A DNA stretch of 64,000 nucleotides from Leucoraja ocellata (Eukaryota). Location of the stretch: NCBI GenBank assembly GCA_036785375.1, contig JAWMAR010000053.1, positions 6,448,001 through 6,512,000 of the forward strand, in the 5' to 3' direction. The position numbers were made by a program, and so were the translations under genes. The notes beneath the pieces are model-generated. The model was not told where the DNA came from. It searched no databases and saw only the letters and a program-made list of their open reading frames with translations. Shown here in pieces: positions 48,401 through 62,360 of this stretch. Position 1 is the stretch's first letter, and the number at the start of each line of letters is the position of its first letter.

Positions 48401-51400
48401 GGCATGAGAACTTTTTAATAAGTTAGTTTATAATTCAATTTATACGTGAATTTGCAACGCTAAACTATTGGAATCCCAGGCATTTTTATTTCCAAGTAAT
48501 GTTTGAACCGGAATGATAATAACATCAACTAATATTTTTTCGAAACGTCAATGTATGGTATCACAGTTTGCATATGTTCGGACTCAGACGAGGCCTACAC
48601 ATTTTGGTGTCTGTGTATATCAATGTGCAGCCAGCCCATGATGGAAGACAAAGAGTCGGCAGAAAGGTTACAGTTATTATCCTGATTGCACTTGGAGTTG
48701 TGGTAGCAAGTGGGCAATGTATTACTTCACGAGTTCGTTTCTAGCACACTTAATAGTGCAATCCACGTAATATTATGCGAATATATACCAATCCTACGAG
48801 AATTGATTTCGGTGGGAGCTTTCAACATTTAATTCGATATTTTATATGCAGTGGCAATGGTGGAAACTTTACTTCCGTGTCTCCTAATCTAAAGTATTTT
48901 CTCTCATAAAACCCGTCTTCCTGAAATGGAAAAGGCCCCAGACAAAGGCAGCACTTCTCTTTTCATTACCCAGTTAACAGGAACACAGGAAAATGTATGT
49001 AACATCTGGGCTACAGGCACCTATTTTTTTATTTTATTTGCTCGCAAGAAACATGAAGCCCAGGAACAAGGGCATAAACAGTCGTTTTACCACCAGGAAA
49101 TATTTCAATATTGCCCTCGAAATATTTTAATGTTGTTAACAATGTCGCTTCGTAGTTTGCAGTGCAATTCTCATTTACATACGTGGTTTGAAACAAAACA
49201 CGATTTGAATTTCATAGGCACAGTGTAACAATCCTGAGAACGGCTCGTTCACCATTTATTATCTCAACATATTTGTCCCGTGAAACATTGTTGATGAATC
49301 CCCCAAAAAAGATGTGCTGTGTCAAATAATTGCATTTAAGCGATTCATATTTATTTTGAAATTGATATGTTTCAATAAACGGTTTTAAAAGATTCATGAA
49401 AATTTCCCGGCGCATGCTTAATTAATGGCAGCCCAAACAAATGGCGGGATTGGAAGAAACTGCCTGTTTTCAGCCCACCCACGCCCTGATTTGCTGGAAA
49501 GAAAATTAAAGAAGCTGCAACTCATTTGCTCTCGTTTACATCGTCTGCTAAATGCTCAGGCACAGGTACAGAGTTTCCCTTAAAGTCCTCATTCATTAAC
49601 AATCATAACTTAATTACATTGCAACATTGAAATTAATTAAAAACTTGAATCCATCTTTTTTAATAAATGAAACCATTCGGACCCGGCTGTGATGTGGTCC
49701 ATAAAAAGTCCATGAAATTATCCCCTTTGGAAGAGGTTGTTACTTCTTTGCTTCATTCTTGAATATCGATTATTATTGCTACATATCTTAGGAAATATTA
49801 ATTTCTAAACTGTTCGGCAATAATTGAATCGCCGCCAAACGGTAGGACAATAAATTAACAAATGAAATAGATCACGTCATAAGCGATCAAATAACTATAG
49901 ACTTACCGAAAGGTTGCTTACTCTTTCTGGCGATATAAGTGAATACTTTGAAATTAGCTGGTAAAACACTTCCGTAGGGGGGGCAGCTAATATTGTTTTT
50001 AATCAAAAAAATGATCCATTGCGCATGAAAATTTGATAATTGAGGAAATACCTCCCAACCGGGAAGTATTAAATGGCTAATAATCAAATCAGAAGCCAAC
50101 AGATTGAAAGTGGGAGAGAAAAACCACGGGGTGTCTTAATGTCATGAAGTATTTCTATTGGGCACAGTTTCCGTTTTAATATGGAGAGAAAATATGTTTC
50201 GTTTAGTCTGGATTCGATGTGCTTATATTCCCATCGTGTCAAAATATCGAAGTGTTCGTCAGACCATTTTAACAATGAAAATTTCAAGTTGATAGGTAAA
50301 CTAAATATACGGATAATAATGAGCTGGCATGTATACTAATGGTGTAATGTTGGTGCAATATTAATGCTTTGTTTGGAAGCCGTTGAGTTTGAAGCTTTGT
50401 ACCTTGCGATTTGGCTGTTTTACACTTGATACTTCCCAGTTCCGCGGCTCGTGTAGCAGGTTAATATTGTACATCCGAATTAAAAAGCTAGTGTATAAAT
50501 ATTGTAACATTTAGAAATGGGTTCTTCAGAAATTACGTTACTGAACTAAAATGACAGCAATAAATCAATTTTATTTTATAAATGCGCATTTCTTTCTTAT
50601 TTTGTTCAGTGCGGGTCTTTAAAAGACCCAGGGAAAATACAAATATGTAATTTTATTGTTTATTGCTCATGTGTTTTATTTCTTTAATTTGTTTGACACC
50701 ATTTGCTTACTTGTTTTATTATACGCACCAGATTCACCTGTAATTTCAGTTGGGTTCAATAGGCAACAGAGTAATGCAGCCGGGGTAAGCGCAGTCTTGA
50801 AAATCAGAGCAGCACACAATATTGAAGCGTGGCCAGAATGTAAATAATTCGCGCACCTACTCCTGACTAAAACCCGCAGCCATAGTTATCGTATATCCCC
50901 AACACGCTCTGCTTTCCAAAGATGAATGATTAAGTCTGCATCTTGATAAGATCCGCATACACCTTACAGTTAATCAGCTTACCGGCTCCACCTTTATAAT
51001 TCAATAAGTAAAGAACATGACATGTATACAAAAGAACATTTGTTTCGACATTCGTTTTATTATTACTCAATTTACATAGGTAGAGTGCATGCATAATATT
51101 TATATATTTAAGATTAAAATACGAATGTTCCATTCTAAATACCTGTTGTACTTACATTCTCAAAATGCAGAATATCTGCTTGTTACTCAAGTGAAGAGTC
51201 ACGGAGCAATTTAAACAAACAAGAAACGAAATAGCTACAAATGTCATTTGAAACTATTCAATGGTGATGAGATGGGGCTGGTATGTCATCCACGGACAGC
51301 AAGATACAGGCTACTGAAAGTCTTTTTTTTTTTTTTGCCCGGCGTTCAATTTCCTGCTACAACAATATTTCACGAGGTATCCATAGTTTGCATCTCAGTC

Positions 51401-51622
51401 CCTTTATGCCGCTGAGGTTAAACTAAACCAACACGCCCTGGACTAGTGGCAGTGGCAATGTAATGGTAGATTGCGGTTTTATATGACAGCACATCAAAGG
51501 AGCACCTTTCCATTAAAACAATGGATATTCTTGATCTACATGCTTTCTGCGAGCAAGCTTAATTACCATTAAAAAAAGTTTAATTCACGACCTTGAAACT
51601 CACATTTAAACTTTACTTTGGT

Positions 51623-51861
51623 CTAAAAGAGTGAGAGCGTTTGTTCGCGCATAACAAGTCTTTTCTTTTTCATGCGCCGGTTTTGAAACCAGATTTTTAC
51701 TTGTTGGTCGCTCAGGTTTAGCCTGTCGGACAATTCCTTTCTCTTCTGTCGGTTGATAAACTCGTTCGCGAGGAATTCATTTTCAAGTTCAGCTATCTGT
51801 TGCTTTGTGTAGGGCTTGCGTTTCCTCCTTGACCTCACTTGGGTCGGGCACCAGGAGAGCC
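51623..51861 (-). CDS. HOXD12: HoxD12 exon 2 (homeodomain)
   Basis: [79 protein letters not shown]. Acceptor tttgCAG at 51862-51864. Confidence 0.96.
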
Positions 51862-52552
51862 CTGCAAATCGAAATTGGAAAAAAACGTTGAAGACATTGT
51901 AGCACTTTTACCCACGTTATCATCGCAAGCTAGTCGATACTTTAATGTGTTTGTTAGTTCGCACGGTAACATTGTCAACATTGCAGGATTCACAATTTGG
52001 TTATTATTCGAGACCATATTATTTACTTTGCTGGCCTTTACTCGTACAACCAACAGCCAACACTGCGAAGCAGTTTAAGTATTCCCCAAGCCAAATAGAA
52101 TAAACACAAATATTTAAACATGGCATCCGATCATCTAAATATTCTGTCATCGTCAACGCACAAAACTAACTCATTTAAATCCTAGCAAAGAGATCTTTTG
52201 ATTTGTTTTGGCTTCCAAATAAAATTCAAAACAAAATCAGATATATGCTGTGTTCTCTTTGTCGTTTAAGTTGACTAACGTTTAAAGTAAAAACAAAAGA
52301 CGTTGTAATTATACGCTTTAGGTACAATAACTAGTTATCACCTATGGTTTGATCTACGTTTTGTATTATCTCGTAATGTAATTACAATAATTATTTCATG
52401 GTGATTTTGAATGCTTTTAGCATATTTGTTCCAAGATCACCGATGTTCAACAAATGAAATTCACGTGAAGATGACAGGTAGCACTTTGAACGAGGACGGA
52501 TACGGCATTTTTGTCAAACGGTTATGGTTTTAATACTGCACTGATACTGTAC

Positions 52553-53132
52553 CATCGGAGGATCTGGTGCACACTGGCGTTACTGATGACTGTAATGACA
52601 TATTGAGGCTCACGCATTGCTTGACGCCTTCATTTACAGAGGGAGAGTTGGAATTCAATTCAAAGCCTTGATTATGTAAGGAGGAGCCATGGAGAGATGT
52701 TTCCACGTTTGGGTACTCGTACTTAGTAGGGTTGATGTTGACTGAAGAAGGGATACTGGTATCACTTGGGTAGGACTGACTGTGTCTGCATCTCTCCTCC
52801 AGTTTTCGGCTGCTGTCTTGGAAGTAGTACTTGGTGGGCTCTTCGCCGGCCGCTGCTTTGTCTGATCCATGCCTATTGATGCTGATGGAGACAGAATTGC
52901 TGAGATAGGACTGAGAGTAGCCGCTGAAGGCGCGGCTCTGCGGCGGCGATGCGCATGGACTCGAAGTCCACGGGAGCGAGCACACCTCCCGGCGGGTGTA
53001 AGAGAGTGCGGGTGACAGACTCGCCAGTTGAGCCGCATTCGGGCGCAGGTTGGGAAAGTAGAAAGGCTCCGGGCTGGCAAAATTTAACAGGGAGCCGACA
53101 TAGCCTGAATTTAGCAGATTGTGCTCGCACAT
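52553..53132 (-). CDS. HOXD12: HoxD12 exon 1
   Basis: [32 protein letters not shown], a group-12 N-terminus. Donor G|GTACAG at 52552; phase 1 joins exon 2 in frame. Confidence 0.95.
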
Positions 53133-55891
53133 TTCCGAGAAGCGCGATCAGATCTTCTCTGTCTCCTATTTAGCTTCCAGACAGAGATAAATGAAAGGCG
53201 CTCGGCGATTGGCTCCTGCAGGGTCACAAGACAAGCGGAAGCAGCTTTTTCTGGCACCGCCTACGTCCCAATACAACTCGCAACTGAAATAGCCAAGTCC
53301 ATGTCCATGTGTACTTGCCGGCTGTGAGGGCGACGCCGCTCGCTGAAGGCAACGGGGTGCAAATGTAGTTCAGAAAAACACTTTAACGCGATCATTCTGA
53401 CATAAAAACACATATACATTTCACAGAATAAATGCTATTCTGGTTACATTCTATATTTGATATACACATATTGCATTTGGTTTAAAACCGAAATAATCCC
53501 ACTTTCTCGAAAGTAATGCAATTTGGCCATTAAAGAAAATAGCATTAAAGAACATTGAAGATATGATGCATTCCTAGAGATAATATATTATTCTACAATA
53601 TTATACAATAGCGATATCTATTTAACTTTTAACATTACAACCGAAAATTTCTGGACAATTTATATTTGACACGATTCTTTTATTCGTGTGTTAGTGAGTA
53701 TTTTTTGGACCGTCCAAATCCCATGATGACCGCATCTAAGTGTAAATCTTGCATACTACATATTTTGTTTTGTTTCCGTGTGCTCGCAAAAGGACGAATA
53801 AACGAAGACTAGGTTCAAAAGTCAGACACGTGAACGACAATCTAAATCTTCTAACGCGATTAGAAAATAAATTCCGTGCCGAATTTAGGGATGAGTTCAA
53901 GAAAACTAATACGCCAGTTTTTTTAAATAAAACTGAATACAATGTGCAAAATCTGGTTTGGGGATTTAGCAAGAATATACACGTTAATCATGAAATTAAA
54001 CAAAACTCTACATCACCGTTGTTTTTGCCGGAAGTCGATCCCTCAACCCCAGCGTTAAATGCAACATATTAAGTAATTTGATTTTTAAAAATCAACCAAT
54101 TTATTAGGTTAAAGTTTACAATGTATTTGCAGGGGGAAGGTAAAATGGCTCTGCTCCCAGTGTGTCCACATTTAAGCAGAAAGGGAGAGTGCAGTTCTCC
54201 TGCGCCTAATATTTACGACTGGGTTTAAATTACGGATCTTAAATTCCATTAGAATTTTGTGTTTACAATGCGTGTATTTAAATAGAATACAGTATATTGA
54301 ATTTAATCTCTCTTTAATTTGAAGGTTTTTAGTAGAGAAAAAAAACACAAATGTGTCTGAAGATTGGTATCGGTAAAATCGAGCACCGTAAACTTTATTT
54401 TAAATCTAAACGAAAGCAAATGGTGCAATACGTCTGCTGTTGCAAATCCCAATGAGTTTGCCGACACTGACATCAAAATACACGTGTCTTGCTGGTTTTG
54501 TTTTTTTAATTTCAAATGTAGCTGATTTTTTTTTACAACATCATGCGATGCATCAAAACTCTATATGATTCTATATAATATTATCATGTCACTTTTTCAT
54601 TTACTAACAATAATGCAAACGTAACAACAGTAATCCAAAGGCGCATATGGTTATCGACACAAACAATTTATTCTGTCGAATATGAGAACAAGATAATCCA
54701 AACTCACTCCTGGTTTCTAAAGTAACACAACTAACGTCTATTGCAGAAACACAATAGTCAGTTTTTGTTTCTACTATCCATGATCGCAAGTCTATAATTT
54801 AACAACGTGTTTTACTCTTTAAGATGAATACTTACCTGCAACTTGACAAAAAATGATCCTTCTCAGCTAAAATCAGGAGCAGTAAAATCAAAGCAGACAC
54901 CGCCACCACATCCTCACCGGAAGGAAAAACGACTGTTTGTCCCTTGTCATTTTATGGTCTCACCATTCCCTACAGAAGTCCAGAAAAGATTTACTTTAGT
55001 AAGACGTCAAAATCTAAAAGGAATTACAAACAAAGGCGCTTGACCGAAGCCGGATCTCTACCGAACCTTCGAAAATCTTCAAATTACCCGAAAATTAAAC
55101 TGTGGCTCAGTTCAAGGTCAATGTCGAATGGAATCAAATCGCTGTTTTGTTTATTGAGAATATACTTACAATGTTTAAGATCAATATGTGTTTTGCCATT
55201 TTGTTTGGTAGCTGGTGTCAGGTTGCACACAATGAAATTTTCATTTGATTTAATGTAACCAAGAAATGCAACTGGGTCACGAATTCTCACTTTGCACTCT
55301 CTTCTACAAAAGCTGCTTTATTGTTAATGACGTTTCTCAAACCGCTTGCACGATCCCGGTTAACCTTTACGTTCTGTTTATTAGATGATATCGCTACGCG
55401 TTGAAAAATACTGAAGAATCACAGAACGGGGACATTTCTATGTTTTACATTTCACAGCAACTATCGGTGCAGAAACTAAGGCAGGTTTACTTACAACATA
55501 ACGCCATGACCGGGATGTGCTTTGTTTTCCGGGCATCAGGGGCATGGCACAAAATTGACCTAGATATAGAAATACCACATTATGCATAACTTCGTGAAAC
55601 GCGCTAAATTTAAATTATGTGAAATATTAGACCTCGGTTATTAACACATTGCGCTCCGCCTTCGAAAATCTCACATATTAGTTTATTCAAAAACTTATTT
55701 TGTCGTATCTATCTTGAAAACAAACCCGTTGCCTTCTGCATTGCACATCATTAAGAGCATGGAAGTAAAACTGAATAGTTGGCCCAATTCTCACAATGGT
55801 CTGCAACATTAAAGTTCGACCGACCGGCCGACCATCTTGAAGCCCGCGCTTCGGTTGCAACAACTGTGCTGCCCCATGTTTTACAGCGGTT

Positions 55892-55992
55892 TAGCCAGCA
55901 GATGGCGAACTAGTTCTGTGATCAGGTCAGACTTTATTATTCATGATGCTAAATAAAGTCAAGGTCAAAGACTATAACCATCGTCAAGGTCA
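55892..55992 (+). promoter_or_regulatory. CTCF motif plus tandem DR0/TCAAGGTCA sites between HoxD12 and HoxD13
   Basis: gccagcagatggcg 55894-55907, aagtcaaggtca 55956-55967 and tcaaggtca 55984-55992. Confidence 0.7.
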
Positions 55993-57135
55993 ATGGTAAA
56001 TAGAAATCTGACGTCAGAGAGCCGAGCAACCCCCCTCCCAAAATTATATTTTAATGTCCCAAAGTTTCAAAAAAAAAGAGGGTGTAAAGTCAACGTATGC
56101 GGACAACCAAAGATGACGGAGTTTTAATTTAACACGAGAAAGCATGAATCTTTTAAATTTGTTCTTACGGTTGACCAACAATACTTATCACAATGCCACA
56201 GGAATATGGTTTGCAATTGTTAGCAGCTGGTAAATAAAGATGGCTGGGTCAACAGCATTATCACCTACTAAGTTCGTGCTCATATAAAAGCAATGAATCT
56301 CACTTAATTCTAAATTTCATCACGTAATATGTCTATTTTCAAAACTAGGAACTCATGTATCGCCCCCCTCCCCACTTCCGTGCCACTATATTATGCTCCC
56401 CTTATTTTTTCCCTTCAAGGGGCGCGGGCATTCCCTGGCAATGTTTTGGCTGCTTTCAACACGTAATTCATATCATCATGTTTTTGTATTATTTATGCAG
56501 GGCAGCTAACAGCAATTGTACAATACATACTTTCCTTGCCCTTTTGGAGGAGGGGTGGGGGGGGAGATAATTTTCTTTCCAAATGTTTCAGTATAAATTC
56601 TGGAGAAATTAAATTAGCTGGATGGTGTCGACATTTAATTACAAATAATAAACGGGGGGGGGGGGATATCATTGCGAATATTTTGGAAAGGTTTATTGTA
56701 ATTGCTTCTGATATCCACATGCCATTTCAATTTATTCACCCACCAAAAACATTTGTGGCGATCTTTACACAATGTTGGATGGCTGATGTGAAATTAATGT
56801 TACTTTGTTTTGAATTAATCGGCAAATGCGAAAATTAGGTGGTGCAATTGATTAAGATATTTTAAGATCTCATTGGATTTCATTCGAGTGCACATACAAT
56901 TACTATTTTGAAATTTACTCGTCATGTTTAGCTATTGCTGTCTAATTATCTTATTTGTTATTTTCTTAAAGCTCAGCAACCTGGATCTACTGCATATTTC
57001 TAGAAGCTCACATTATGTTTACATAAATACCCAGGAAGCAAATATTGGATAGGCTGAAGTGTCTATTTAAAAAACAAAACCATTTCAACAGCAACAGTTC
57101 TAATTCCTTTAAATTTATGAATGCAACAATATGTA

Positions 57136-57152
57136 TTTATTCAATTTTTATT
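57136..57152 (-). terminator. Likely HoxD13 polyadenylation signals
   Basis: Two tttatt at 57136-57141 and 57147-57152, about 1.4 kb after the stop codon. Confidence 0.4.
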
Positions 57153-58526
57153 TGAATGGCGTCGAAAAAAGCGCAACATTGCGGTGAATTCTGAAACGTA
57201 CATCAGAGCATTGTACAGTCTAATATGACACACGCTGATGTGGTTAGAAAAAACGAATTAATTTACATGAAATATAAAACTTGGAGACAGTTGAAGTGCG
57301 ATTTGTTTTAATTTTTTTTACATACCATAGATAAATCCATGTAAGAAAACTACCAAGGTCAATTTTAATTCGTCCCGTTAAAGGACGGAGGGAAATATGA
57401 ACAAGGCTTATTTGAAAAATATACATAAACTACAGGAATGATTTTCACTATTTACTCATATAGTCATCGCGATTACAATAAAGAAGTAATTTAAGTACAC
57501 AGCGTAACAAGTTATTAATTAGAAAACAGCTGAACATGGTTCATTTAAAGACTCCGCATTCAAAACGTCAATGGAGCGTTCAAATATATTAGCTTTTGTT
57601 TTGAAAATAACAGTTCAAAGAACAAAATATTCAAAAGGCAGAACAAAGTATTTCATATTTTAATTAATAACATATAGATACATTAAGACGTTTAAACTGG
57701 ACAAATATTTCACTTGAAACTGAAATTTCTCTACAATGTCGACATCTGCTCCGCGAAATATGTTACTGCAGAATTTTCTGATGTAAATCAACAGAAGGCG
57801 TTTTTTTTTTGGTATATGGGGTAAATAATTTGTTATGTACATGATTGTAAATTCGCTACCACTTAATATAATAAGATAGTACGGTGTTCGCCGCACTTAG
57901 TATGCATGTATCTCTATTGCAAACAACTTCTTACGGCCATAGACTTAAAATGGCATTTTACCACTATATTTTCAATCATTAAATGATTGTTGCTAGCATA
58001 TGCGATTACCATTTGAACCCATTCACAATGCACCCATGGTACATCTTGCAAAACATGACAAAAATTAAAATGTAAATAAATATCGCCGTGCATCAAGAAG
58101 GCTAAGGTCAAACTTTACTTAATGTCAGCTTTTAGGTGTAAATGTGTTATCGCTTGTAGTCGCCATTTTATCTCTAGATTGTGAAACCTTTGAATCCACA
58201 GAATGCTGTTAAATTATTTTGCAACTTTTGCAATGTGGCTCGTGAAAATGATCCAGCACGTTAAAGCAATACAAATATACGAATAACGAAGAGGGCGCGT
58301 TCTCAAGATGAGTGTATTATTTGTTCGCATGTGGTGATGAGTCACATCAAGCATTCTGGCAAAGTTTTTGCAAAACATCTCACAGAACTTGTCACTTCAA
58401 GGTTTTTTATGTTATAAATCCGAAGATGTTGCTTTAAAGTCTCCCACGTTCATGTAGCTTCCGTTTCTAAAAGACCATTATGTATAATTTACAATGCGCC
58501 ATTGTTGGTTAGTGATGTCGGTGCAA

Positions 58527-58777
58527 TCAAGGTATATTTTCTTTGACTTTGGAAACGACTTTTTTCTCCTTGACTCTTCTGTTCTGAAACCAAATGGTGA
58601 CTTGTCTTTCGGTGAGGTTGGTGGCTGTAGATATCCTTCGTCTTTTTTCCTTGGTTATGAATTTGTTGGTGGCATATTCTCGCTCGAGTTCTTTAAGCTG
58701 CGTTTTCGTATAGGGAACCCTTTTCTTCCTCCCTCGCCTGTAAATGTTTATATCTGTCTGATTGTGCATCACATCTC
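58527..58777 (-). CDS. HOXD13: HoxD13 exon 2 (homeodomain)
   Basis: [76 protein letters not shown]. Acceptor ttttccccctCAG at 58778-58780. Confidence 0.96.
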
Positions 58778-59147
58778 CTGAGGGGGAAAAATGCAAATTA
58801 TAAGAACATAAACTTCAAGCGGCTGCAGTTGAAAGGGCCAGGAAAAGAAAAGGGAGGAGACAGAGGGAAGGTTACAAAGAAATAAAAATGACAACTCACA
58901 GACGTTTGTCTGTAGGGTACATTGGATAACTCATTTGAGTCATTTCAGCACTCGGTCAAACATACATTAATTCTGATAAATGAACCCCATGCATTAATAA
59001 TTTTAAATCTTGCAAATGATTTGAATAATAAAACAACACTAGACAATTCCTGAAAAGGTAAAATGAACTAAATGGAAGTTTCGTTTATTTTTCTTTATTT
59101 TACGTTAAAGTCGAATATATTTTCCAGCGCAAAATATTTCATGATAC

Positions 59148-59832
59148 CTGAAAGTGGCGATTTCCAAAAATGTGAAGACTGTGTCTGATCTTTAGGACAG
59201 TACACTTGACCATTCCAGCCATTAGTAAATGTCCAAGGCTGGTAACCCTCCATGGATAGTAAGGCTTCATGCCTTGGCTCTCCGTGGCCACTTATGGTAG
59301 GAACTACAGGAACGTCCAAATAACTAGATACCCGTTGATATGGATTAGGGTAACTCTGATAAAAAGCAAATTCCTTTGCCCGAGTTGATACATCGTCAGT
59401 GGGGACAGGACTGTTGGTCAACCCCGAAACGTCCATGTATTTATCCACTGGGTAGCCGGCTAAGGATGCATGAGCACCAGGTTTCAATCCACTTTGTTGT
59501 ATACCAACATTTCGACAACTGTAATAGCTGCTTCCAAAATGATAGCCGTAACTGAAGGCTGGATTTGGAGGGCTTGTAGGAGCTGGGCATGGGCTACATT
59601 GCTTAGCTGATTCAGAAATGACAGAATGCGTCCGATCTCCGCCTGAGTAAGCAGGTCCCGAAGATAATGAGTTGTGATGTGCTCCAAATGCAGAGGGAGA
59701 TAGAAAATTCCTGCATTGATTTGAAGGAACGTTCCCACCCAGTCCTTCCATCTCCGGCTTATTCGCGTCGTTTCTGCTGTGCAAGTATCTGATAGTATCA
59801 GTCCTCCAAGGGTCTGAAAGAAGAGCTGTCAT
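59148..59832 (-). CDS. HOXD13: HoxD13 exon 1 (first ATG 59832; alternative ATG 59751)
   Basis: [40 protein letters not shown] and [22 protein letters not shown]. Donor G|GTATCA at 59147. Confidence 0.93.
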
Positions 59833-59859
59833 ATCACGTCCCACAGCAAACTAAGTAGT

Positions 59860-59965
59860 GCTTTATAAAAGCAGGCTCGGCAGTGAGAAGAGGTGCTTAT
59901 TTTCACTGATTAGAGTGCACTGCGCAAGTGAAACGCGATAGGTCGATCCCGACCACGTGACGCAA
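59860..59965 (-). promoter_or_regulatory. HoxD13 proximal promoter (TATA + E-box)
   Basis: TATAAA on the minus strand at 59862-59867; cacgtgac at 59954-59961. Confidence 0.6.
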
Positions 59966-62173
59966 CGCAACTGATCTGCCTTCAGTTCCCATTGCACTCC
60001 TCTCCCGATCTTCAAATCATTGTTGCCCCCACCCCCCCCCCCCCCCCCCCAAATAAATCATAGTAAATAACCCAGCACTGTTGACGTGTAGCGCCGTTTA
60101 TTCGTCAATACTTGGACCGATGCGGTAGAGCTGAGATTTAAATGGGAAAATAGTGATACCTTAATAAATGTATTCTACAATTTGAAGAATCAGTTATACA
60201 TATATGTCGAACACATCAGGTGTTTGTTTGACTGAATTATCAGTTAAAATTAAGCATTGAAGACATTTTGGAAAATTGCCATATCCATTTTGGAAATGGA
60301 ATTGTGGTATCATCACGCGTTATTATTAGATTGGCAAATTTTTGTGACCGATTTTGTCTTTTCTTGTATTCTGATGAAGATCTCGGCAGCAACGATTTTT
60401 GCATCATAATATATGGTTCGTGATAGCATATACCAATCCCATCTATACAGCCAGCGTCAAATAGATTTTAAAGATTACATATTCTCTTATTTTTGTAATT
60501 GAGCCTGAAGTCGATCACACTTACACTGGTTTCCATTCAGGTTATAAAAGCATGTTATATGATGGGGATAAAAACTGAGATGAAGTTACTTAAATTTACA
60601 CTTTTATTCACACTCAGAAGTGATATATTTATCTTTTACATTGTGCTATTGATGTTTCGTACAAAAATAAATCGCATGATACAAATGCATGGTAGCATTT
60701 GAGGGCAATGCTTTATATTTTGTATCGAAAAAGCTGTTATTCCAAATTATCCACTCGCCCAGCGCAACATGACCGTGCCACAACTTTAACTTATTTGCGT
60801 CAATTAGACGAAAATATGATTTCAGAATCATAGGTTTTCTCAACAAGCCCCGCTTTAGCAAAGATTCGAAAATACCTTGCTTTTGCTTGAGCAAGCTAGC
60901 ATAATTCGAGTGCCTGGCCCATTTTATTTCATTGTTATGTCAGACCTCAGGGCAGAAACATGTAAGAAGCATGTAAATTATATACCAGATATTATGGAAT
61001 AAAACATCTTTAGATTATAGCAACCCCGACGACAATACGATGTGATGTAAAAGTCTATCTAATTCTCTACCACAATTTACTTACACGACGTATGTATGTT
61101 ACGCCTAATGCAGTACATCAAACCATACCACACCATACACTGTTTAAATATTGTTTGTACGCGCACTAGGTGTTATATTCACATCGAGACTTAAACGAAG
61201 AAAGCGACAGATTTTACAAAAAAGTTATGAATTATATCCAGTTAAAAAAAAACGGTAATGGTATAATTCAACTAATCGGATTGTGGAAGGAAATGAGACT
61301 ATGATCTCGTAGTGAGCGTGGAATATTGTGGCAGACTGAAGGGCTGAGCTGGTCATTAACAGAGAATATGTCCTCCCACCCCCTCCAAAGTTAAATTATG
61401 TGCACCAGCAATTACCTTGATTATGTTGCTACTCTCAGAAACATGGCACTTTTCGAGAAACAATTATTTAGATTAGATATCGCATACAGGAGCAATTCGA
61501 TATCGCATTAAGGAGCAAGATTAGGAATGTGACGAGATTTCTAAAAGTCATTTTGAATGGCGATTCTTGGCGACCCCATCCCCCCGCCCAGGCGGGGAGA
61601 ATAAAATAAATATATAAGCAGTTACTTCAGTGAGACAAAACAGAATCTACCTGGAGGATTCGGTGCTTAGAAAACAAGCGGAATCCACGATTTTGCATTA
61701 ACTCAAATACATTAATTTCTGCGAATCCTTTGTTTTACTTTCTTCATTTAAAAGATGCACATTTTTCCTGATCTGGCGGTACACTCCGCTAATATTTAGA
61801 GACGAATCTACAAAAGTGTTTAAAAGAATCAGAGAGAATTACTTCAGAACAGCGAATTCAATGCTTATCCTTTGCACCCAAGTATAATAGGAAAAGAAAT
61901 GCAGCGCGTTTATTTAAGGCCATCCCTCGTTGTGTATCAAAATATATATGAAGTGAATTGTTCCTACTTTCGCAATGGAGAAAGCATATGCTAACATTTG
62001 CTTTCGGGTAGCTGTTGTTCAGAAATCCGGGAGTGGGGGGAATGCAGGAGAGGATTTTAAAAAACAAGTCGCACTTTCAAGTTGCTCTCATCTCTGGTAT
62101 GCAGACAAAGGGGTTCTTTCCGGAAGTAGATGAAGGCCAAGGTCAAGGTGGAGAGGGGGTGGGGTGGGGTGAA

Positions 62174-62360
62174 NNNNNNNNNNNNNNNNNNNNNNNNNNN
62201 NNNNNNNNNNNNNNNNNNNNNNNNNNNNNNNNNNNNNNNNNNNNNNNNNNNNNNNNNNNNNNNNNNNNNNNNNNNNNNNNNNNNNNNNNNNNNNNNNNNN
62301 NNNNNNNNNNNNNNNNNNNNNNNNNNNNNNNNNNNNNNNNNNNNNNNNNNNNNNNNNNNN
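62174..62360. other. Assembly gap (N run)
   Basis: Run of n, preceded by a G-rich tract. Confidence 1.

Noticed and set aside
56341-56356. Minus-strand ATG AGT TCC TAG TTT resembling a Hox MSSYF start
   Set aside because: Immediate stop codons, wrong part of the cluster, and nothing Hox-like downstream.
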